Origin: an uncultured Latescibacterota bacterium
Lineage (GTDB): Bacteria; Latescibacterota; UBA2968
Direction: 5' to 3'
Length of the DNA: 64,000 bases
NCBI GenBank assembly: GCA_958295785.1
Contig: OY282377.1
Span: 3,534,896-3,598,895 of the forward strand
Below, piece after piece: positions 58,053-64,000 of the stretch. A model generated the notes under the pieces. That model had not been told where the DNA came from. It saw nothing but the letters and a program-made list of their open reading frames with translations, and made no database searches. Position 1 is the stretch's first letter, and each line of letters starts with the position of its first letter. Made by a program: the position numbers and the translations under genes.

Positions 58053-61000
58053 AATTTTCGCGTCCTTTCGCGCTTTTCGTCGTTCATCAGACCCATAGAG
58101 CAGATAATGCGCGGCTCTTGGCGTTCGTCTTCTTCGTGCATGATGCAAAGCCGGTCGTCATCTCTGAGCGCGATAACCAATTGCGCGAGGGCCTCGTCGG
58201 AGATGCTGCTACGCAACTGGCGGTTCAGCGTATCCACCGCCGTTTGGCGCAGGGGATAGCGGTAAATGTCTTCAATTGTACGCCGCAGCGAATCGGTATC
58301 GAACAACGTGCCTTTGACGTTTTCCGCATAGCTCTTGAGCCTTTCATAAGCGCGAAACCGCGCACCGGATGGCCGGCCGAGATGACCGCCGACCTGCTTT
58401 TCCTCACGGGCGATATGTTCTGCGGCTTTGCGAACCAAATCGTGGTGGGTCTCGTGGCGCGGGAGGGCCGGCGTATCGGGCACGCATGCGGCGGCGTGCA
58501 AAATCTCGAATTGACTTTCGGTCACGCTATTGCCATCGCGATTCATCCACGCCAAGGCATCGTGCCCCTGCGCTGTACGCATATAAACCAGCGCGCCTTC
58601 GGGCCGCTGTGGCGTTTCCGGATATGCCATTGATGAATGCACCACGGATGGCATCGCTTCAATTTTCCGCTCGAGCGATGGATCGGCTGTTGTCGCGTTT
58701 TTCCAAATCTGATACGCATACGAGGCGAGATCGACATCCGTCTCGTCGTCGCTGTCGAGAATCCCCGCCTTTTCGTTGTAGAGGTCGAGCACGGCCCGTT
58801 GATCCTCATCCTCGAAAAACGCCTCGTCCGTTCCCATCACCTCGGCATTGTCGCGGAGGCGCGTCCGAACGCGGGCGCGAAGTCGGATCAAGCGTTCAAT
58901 GCCCTCGGCAGGCAAAAAGGAGCAGCACAAAATATCTCGCGCCTGTTGACCGATGCGGTCCACGCGCCCGGCCCGTTGAATCAAGCGGATAATCGCCCAC
59001 GGCAAATCGTAATTGACAACGATGGCGCAGTCTTGCAGGTTTTGCCCCTCACTGAGCACGTCGGTTGCGACCAGCACGCGCAACTCGCCTCTAGATGAGA
59101 CCCAAGCCGTCTTGTCGTTGCTCTTTGGACTGAACCGCCACGCGAGTTCCGTCGGGTTCGCCATGTCCCCAGTCGCGGCGGCTATCCCGGACACGCCGCG
59201 TGCTTTTAGCTCCATCTCCAAATAGCGCACCGTGTCGGCGAACTGCGTAAAGACCAGAATTTTGCGGTCGGGATGTTCGTCCATGAGCAGGACTTCCAAG
59301 GCGCGGAGTTTCGCGTCTTCAGCCGCCCGCCACGCGCCGAACTGCGCCAACAAATTGAGCAGCGTCTCGGTGTCGGCGACCAAGTTCCTGCGAAGGGCGT
59401 CGCCAAAATGATGCGAGGCCAACCACCGAAACCGCCTTGTGTAGGTGTTGGCAAAGCGTGCGTAGATCGCGGCAGCGCGGTTGCGAAAATCCCTTTCGGC
59501 TCTTAGCGGCGTCGGCTCTGCGGGGGCCTCATTCTCCTCGTCATCCGCATCAAAAAAATCCCCGATAGTCTGATCGGCGTCCTCGTCAAAAGACTGCGGA
59601 TCCAAGAGTCCCGCATCTGTCGTCCCTATCGGAAGCGGCAGGTCATTTTCAAGGGCATACAAAAAAATGAAGTTCCGCAGAACGTGCCGTTCAACCGACA
59701 GCAAGAAGGCGTGGCCGCTGCTCTCCAAGCGTTTGAACAAATTGGTTCGGCAAAAACCCATCAGCCGCTTGCCCGCGCGCGACAAATCGTCCAGCACCTT
59801 CTTTTCTCTCGGCGTGGGTGGCATAGGCGGCGACGCCCCGACGTAGTTGCCGAGTCCATAGCGCGGCAGTTCCAAGCTGTTTATGGCGTCGATCACGTCG
59901 TTTGCAAATAGCCGGGCGTACTGATCGTCAATGTCGAACGGAATCGTCTTTGGAACCCGAGTCGGAAAATACGACCGCGTGCCATCTTCAAAGGTCAGGT
60001 ACTTGCGACCACTGTGCGGATCCGTGTCGGCGTAGTGTGCACGAATAAAACTGCGCGTCCGGCGCACGAGATATAAGCGCATGAGCTCGCGCCAGTCGTC
60101 CGCGTACTCGGATTTTTCAAACGCGGATAGAGACCGCACAGACGCTTGGTGCCGGCGGATGAACTCGGTTTCGCCGATCTCCTGCAACATGCGCTCTGGG
60201 CGAATGCCCAAGTCCTCGTCTTCGGGCACAAACAAGCGGAGTTGGCTGGACAGATCGAGATACGTTTTGTTGTAGGGCGTCGCGGACAGCAGAATACACT
60301 TGCTGTCGTTTTCCCAGATGTATTCTCGGATGGCCCGGTAGCGTTTGCCCTCGCGGTTTCTCAGGTTGTGGCTTTCGTCGATGATCACCAACCGATACCG
60401 GCGCAGGTCGGGCAGTTCGTTGATGACGCGGCTCACCGATAGCACGCGGGCGCGCATGCGGTATTGATCGCGGTAATCCTCCCACATGGAAACGAGGTTT
60501 TTCGGACTTATGATCAGGGTTTCGAGGCCGTGATCGTCTTCGAACACACGCGCCAAGGCCGTCGCCATCAGGGTCTTGCCCAGCCCGACGACATCGCCGA
60601 TGATGACGCCGCCGCGTCGGTTGAGGTGATGCGCGGCGATTTTCACGGCAGCCGTTTGGAAATCGAGGAGTTTGTCGCCAAAATCTTTCGGGATGCGAAA
60701 TTCCGCCAAGCCGGCCCGCGCTTCTTGCGAGAGGTGGTACGCAATCTTGATGTAGATATGGTGCGGCGGGATCAGTTCTTCTCGCGCCCAACTCTCGTCG
60801 ATAATCTCGGCGAGCGCGTCAGAAATATCCACGCACCAGCGGTCATTCCAGCGGTCTTCAAACCACTGGGCGAGTTTTTCGCAGGCGTCTCGGTCGAGCA
60901 CGTCAATGTTGAGTTCGCCCTGTCGGGACAGCCCCGATAGCGTGAGATTGCTGCTTCCGAGATAGCCAACCGTCGGGTTGATCGGATCGGGACGGAATAA

Positions 61001-61462
61001 CAAGTAGAGCTTGGCGTGAAGCGGGTGTTTGAGAAAGAGCTTGACGACGACTTTCTCAGCCTTGATCTGCGCTGCCAACCGCCGCAGACCCGCCTCATCT
61101 TCATTGGTCGGCGCGCCCAAGATCAGTTGTTCCCGAAATTCTTCCGCGAGTCTTTTCTTTATGCGGTGTGCCGCCTGATTGTCGAGCGCGGAGCGATTGC
61201 CCGACAAGCTCGCGGACAGCCGAAACTCGTCGTGTGGCAAGCGTTGCATCCCAACGAGAAGCCGGCAACAATGTCCGACGCCTCCGCGCCACTTTTCCAC
61301 GTATTCATCAATTGACCGCCATCCTCGCAGGTTGAAATAGCCCACGCAAAAATCCGCCCGCTCTGCGATCTCCAGGGTCTCCGCCAACGCGGGATGGAGG
61401 TGTTGTTCAATATTGTCGAAAATTCGGGGCATACATGCTCCTACGGTTTGGAATTGGATCAT
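58049..61462 (-). CDS. Fusion protein: N-terminal PLD-family (single HKD) nuclease-like domain + SNF2-family helicase
   Basis: HKD motif HAKLYLLFRPD...GSSN; SNF2 motifs GLGKTL (I), IIDESHNLRN (II), helicase-C QRAGRVDRIGQ (VI); AGGAGA RBS. Confidence 0.8.
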   Translation of the reverse strand: MIQFQTVGACMPRIFDNIEQHLHPALAETLEIAERADFCVGYFNLRGWRSIDEYVEKWRGGVGHCCRLLVGMQRLPHDEFRLSASLSGNRSALDNQAAHRIKKRLAEEFREQLILGAPTNEDEAGLRRLAAQIKAEKVVVKLFLKHPLHAKLYLLFRPDPINPTVGYLGSSNLTLSGLSRQGELNIDVLDRDACEKLAQWFEDRWNDRWCVDISDALAEIIDESWAREELIPPHHIYIKIAYHLSQEARAGLAEFRIPKDFGDKLLDFQTAAVKIAAHHLNRRGGVIIGDVVGLGKTLMATALARVFEDDHGLETLIISPKNLVSMWEDYRDQYRMRARVLSVSRVINELPDLRRYRLVIIDESHNLRNREGKRYRAIREYIWENDSKCILLSATPYNKTYLDLSSQLRLFVPEDEDLGIRPERMLQEIGETEFIRRHQASVRSLSAFEKSEYADDWRELMRLYLVRRTRSFIRAHYADTDPHSGRKYLTFEDGTRSYFPTRVPKTIPFDIDDQYARLFANDVIDAINSLELPRYGLGNYVGASPPMPPTPREKKVLDDLSRAGKRLMGFCRTNLFKRLESSGHAFLLSVERHVLRNFIFLYALENDLPLPIGTTDAGLLDPQSFDEDADQTIGDFFDADDEENEAPAEPTPLRAERDFRNRAAAIYARFANTYTRRFRWLASHHFGDALRRNLVADTETLLNLLAQFGAWRAAEDAKLRALEVLLMDEHPDRKILVFTQFADTVRYLEMELKARGVSGIAAATGDMANPTELAWRFSPKSNDKTAWVSSRGELRVLVATDVLSEGQNLQDCAIVVNYDLPWAIIRLIQRAGRVDRIGQQARDILCCSFLPAEGIERLIRLRARVRTRLRDNAEVMGTDEAFFEDEDQRAVLDLYNEKAGILDSDDETDVDLASYAYQIWKNATTADPSLERKIEAMPSVVHSSMAYPETPQRPEGALVYMRTAQGHDALAWMNRDGNSVTESQFEILHAAACVPDTPALPRHETHHDLVRKAAEHIAREEKQVGGHLGRPSGARFRAYERLKSYAENVKGTLFDTDSLRRTIEDIYRYPLRQTAVDTLNRQLRSSISDEALAQLVIALRDDDRLCIMHEEDERQEPRIICSMGLMNDEKRERTRKL

Positions 61463-61505
61463 TTGGTTTGATCTCCTAAGATTACGCTGGCGATGTCAGC
61501 ACGGG

Positions 61506-61528
61506 TTGACGAAAGGGCATCGTCAACG
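61506..61528. promoter_or_regulatory. Perfect 8-bp inverted repeat GTTGACGA-N7-TCGTCAAC between a TATAAT-like -10 and the helicase RBS (candidate operator)
   Basis: Located in the 90-bp gap upstream of the helicase start; not followed by a T-run on the coding strand. Confidence 0.3.
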
Positions 61529-61553
61529 CATCGCATATTTTGAGAACTAAAAA

Positions 61554-63119
61554 TTATATGCCGAGCGCGCTTTGTTCGCACTCGGCGTATTTTTTTCTGA
61601 GCGCGTCGTACACTGCGGGATTGGAGGGCGAGACCGCAGAGGCGGATAGGGGGTTGGCGATGCCCGCGATGAGGTCTTCCCAAGGGGTGTCCTGCGAGGC
61701 GTTGAGGTGGGCGTGGGCTGCGCGCAAAGCCGCGCCGAGGGCCGCGCTGTTGGTGACTTCAAACGGGTACACCGGGCAGTTTTGCACATCGGCCATGATC
61801 TGGAGGATTTCGGGATTGACAGACGCGCCGCCGGTCGCGTAAATGGCCGAGGGCCGCACGCCCATCCATTCCGCGTGCAAGCGCATGGACATCATCTGTG
61901 CCTCGACAACCGCGCGGCAATTGCCAGCCGCGTCTCGTTCGTCGAGGTCAAAGCGGTGAACGCGAGGGACGAGCACATTCGGCACAATCTCAGGCTCGAA
62001 ATAGGGCAGCATGATTTTGCCATCATTGCCGGGAGGCGTGGATTGAAGGGCGCGAGAAAAATCGTCCCAGTCCAAGCCGTGCGCTTTGCGAACCGCGTCG
62101 CGGGCGAGCGAGCCATTTTTGAAACACAAGAGGGTCATATAGTCGCCCGTGGGCGAAACAAAAACGTGCCCCTCGCCGCGCGGATCGGTCTGGCAAAATT
62201 TCATCGTGCCAAAATAGGTGTCGCTGGTGCCGAGCGAAATGGCGACCATGCCCTCGCGGATGAGACCTAGGCCAATGACGCTGTTGGGATTGTCGCCCGA
62301 CCAAACAAGGGCCTGCGCCTGGGGATTGAAATCGTATTTATCGACAAAATACCGGCTGACCGGCCCGATCACTGCGCGGGATGCGGCAAGCGGGGGCAGG
62401 CGGTCAGACAGGCCGGGGGCGGTGGCGTCGAGCGCGCGGGGATGCCATGCGCGCCGCTGAATGTCCATCAAATTCATGCCCGCGCCATCGCCGTGATCGA
62501 TGGGGGCAACTGTGCCCGCGATCAAAGAAGCCATAAAGGAACTGACGAGCATGACATGTGCCGTGTGGGCATAAGCATCGGGTTGCGTTTTGTAAAATTT
62601 GCGAATCTGCGGCCCTGTAAAGCGTTCAAAAGTCGTCGAGCCGGTGGCCCTCGTGGTCGCCTGAAGCCCGCCCAAGGCAGCGCGAATTTCATCGCATTCA
62701 ACGCGCGTTGAGGAATCCATCCAGATCGGCGATGTGTTGCGAGAGAATACCCCATCGAGATTTTGAACGAGGGATTTTGCGGGATCGAGATTGGACAAGG
62801 CGCGCACAATGCCGGCGTTGAGATAGACAGAGCCGTGTTGCTGCCCCGAACCCGAGATGGCCCGAATATGGCCCAGGCTGACGCCTTCGGCTTTCAGAGT
62901 GTCAAACAGCGCGTCGAGGGCCTCGGCCCACATGAGGGGCGGCGCGTGAACAATTTTGGGATCGGGATTGTCTAAAACGCCATTTTGCGTGCCGTAGTGC
63001 GGCAGCGTTTCGTCGTAGTTTAAGGAAATATCGCACACCGCGTTGCGGGTGTCGAGATCGATAAGAACAGCACTCAAGCTCTGTGTGCTCGCGTCGAGTC
63101 CGAGATAGAGGGTGCTCAT
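61554..63119 (-). CDS. FGGY-family carbohydrate kinase (xylulokinase-like)
   Basis: N-terminal LGLDASTQSLSAVL and GQQHG motifs, approx 520 aa. Confidence 0.7.
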   Translation of the reverse strand: MSTLYLGLDASTQSLSAVLIDLDTRNAVCDISLNYDETLPHYGTQNGVLDNPDPKIVHAPPLMWAEALDALFDTLKAEGVSLGHIRAISGSGQQHGSVYLNAGIVRALSNLDPAKSLVQNLDGVFSRNTSPIWMDSSTRVECDEIRAALGGLQATTRATGSTTFERFTGPQIRKFYKTQPDAYAHTAHVMLVSSFMASLIAGTVAPIDHGDGAGMNLMDIQRRAWHPRALDATAPGLSDRLPPLAASRAVIGPVSRYFVDKYDFNPQAQALVWSGDNPNSVIGLGLIREGMVAISLGTSDTYFGTMKFCQTDPRGEGHVFVSPTGDYMTLLCFKNGSLARDAVRKAHGLDWDDFSRALQSTPPGNDGKIMLPYFEPEIVPNVLVPRVHRFDLDERDAAGNCRAVVEAQMMSMRLHAEWMGVRPSAIYATGGASVNPEILQIMADVQNCPVYPFEVTNSAALGAALRAAHAHLNASQDTPWEDLIAGIANPLSASAVSPSNPAVYDALRKKYAECEQSALGI

Positions 63120-63131
63120 GCGCGCTCCTTT

Positions 63132-63917
63132 TTACGCCCCGTAAATCACCGGGCATTTGGACAGGTCGTCAATATGTCGGGTCAGGCCCTGCCGCAAGTC
63201 GTTGACCGGGCGCGATTTTTCGCTCCGCATGTGAATGGCAAAGCTGCGGCGGGGGCCATTGGAACGGTTGGGGCCGCTACCGTGCAGGGTGAAGCAGTCG
63301 TGCAGGCTCAACGCGCCGTGCGGCAAGAGCATGGGCACTTCGCGCCACGTTTCGCGTTCGGGAATTGCGATGCCGCCGCGCAAGGTGTCGAGGTCCTGTT
63401 GTTGAAAGCCGAAGTCGATGTCCAAAAGCCCCCAGCGGTGCGACCCCGGCACAAAGCGCATCGGCCCGGCATCGGGGGTGATGTCGCTGAGGGCAATCCA
63501 CGCCGTGAAAAGTTCGCTGCCATCTTCCCACGCACGCCAATAGTAGCGGTCCTGATGCCAGCCGATGTTGGTGACGCGCTCGCCTTCGGGTTCGCCCACG
63601 GGTTTGTAGAGCAGTTGCACCCACCAGACCTGCACCATTTTCGCCCCCGTGACCTCGGCCGCGAGTTTGCCCAGCGCGGGATGCGCGACCAAGTCCATAA
63701 TGGCGCGGCTCGCCAGTTGGGGCATTTCAATTTTGCACAGGGTTTGGGGATCGTCGCCCGGGGTCCAGCGCGAGTTTTCCGGCGGGCATCCCGTATCGTA
63801 CTGTCCCGCGCGCACGGCGTCCATGCCCGCAACTGCGGCATCGACGACCTCGGCGGGCATAACCGGTTGCAAAACCGCGCAAAAACCGTCTTTTCGATAG
63901 CGTTCTGAAAGGGTCAT
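63132..63917 (-). CDS. PhyH-family Fe(II)/2-oxoglutarate-dependent dioxygenase
   Basis: WHQDRYYW (HxD) and distal His in PhyH-like context, approx 260 aa. Confidence 0.6.
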   Translation of the reverse strand: MTLSERYRKDGFCAVLQPVMPAEVVDAAVAGMDAVRAGQYDTGCPPENSRWTPGDDPQTLCKIEMPQLASRAIMDLVAHPALGKLAAEVTGAKMVQVWWVQLLYKPVGEPEGERVTNIGWHQDRYYWRAWEDGSELFTAWIALSDITPDAGPMRFVPGSHRWGLLDIDFGFQQQDLDTLRGGIAIPERETWREVPMLLPHGALSLHDCFTLHGSGPNRSNGPRRSFAIHMRSEKSRPVNDLRQGLTRHIDDLSKCPVIYGA

Positions 63918-64000
63918 CGCGTCCTTTCTGAAAATGTTTTAACGAAGGGCATAGCACGCTCAATGAACATGCCTTTTGCGCCAAATTCGACAAATCTGCG

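Overview
The window is 64 kb of high-GC bacterial chromosome. By gene content it is plausibly an FCB-superphylum-like lineage: GWxTD/TPR protein, sigma-54 two-component pair, GGGPS/PcrB homolog, long Bacillus-type SRP RNA. This taxon guess is inference only.

There are three parts.

(1) 0-19 kb: envelope/surface genes. These are a GWxTD-TPR protein, a large polytopic membrane protein, a tandem cluster of four FG-GAP/ASPIC-UnbV (CRTAC1-like) paralogs with TPR partners, an IS5-family IS with ORFA/ORFB, and a B12-binding radical SAM enzyme.

(2) 19-45 kb: housekeeping core.
- 19-27 kb: tRNA-Asn, GDPD, RpiB-like, tadA, two tRNA-Ser, a DUF3830-like protein, tRNA-Ala, long-form SRP RNA, then dnaX-ybaB-recR. 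The dnaX-ybaB-recR operon is interrupted by a tandemly duplicated two-gene cassette of small coiled-coil membrane proteins.
- 27-38 kb: pgsA, pgpA, recA-recX-alaS, a GGGPS/PcrB-like prenyltransferase, a PfkB kinase, ptsH-ptsI and metK.
- 38-45 kb: a porin-like OMP, an NtrC-family regulator with its histidine kinase, an Omp85-like protein and a C-N hydrolase.

(3) 45.7-61.5 kb: a heavily rearranged, minus-strand defence-type island. In transcription order it holds:
- a PLD-SNF2 helicase
- a frameshifted GxxExxY gene
- a roughly 1140-aa PglX/DrmMI-like N6-adenine DNA methyltransferase
- an HNH endonuclease with an unknown N-terminal domain
- a second methyltransferase paralog sharing about 2.3 kb of near-identical 5' sequence but carrying a different C-terminal target-recognition domain (TRD), split by an IS whose junctions can be mapped to the base
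- an SDH/ClpP-fold serine protease
- a stop-containing N-terminal remnant of a third methyltransferase copy, and a 280-bp direct repeat derived from the protease 3' end
- a short DprA-like protein

This island does not match canonical BREX, DISARM or Type I-III layouts. It is the best candidate here for an undescribed restriction-modification-like system with TRD variation. It is flanked by an FGGY sugar kinase and a PhyH-family dioxygenase.

Many long ORFs in the six-frame track are antisense shadow ORFs typical of high-GC DNA and were not called.
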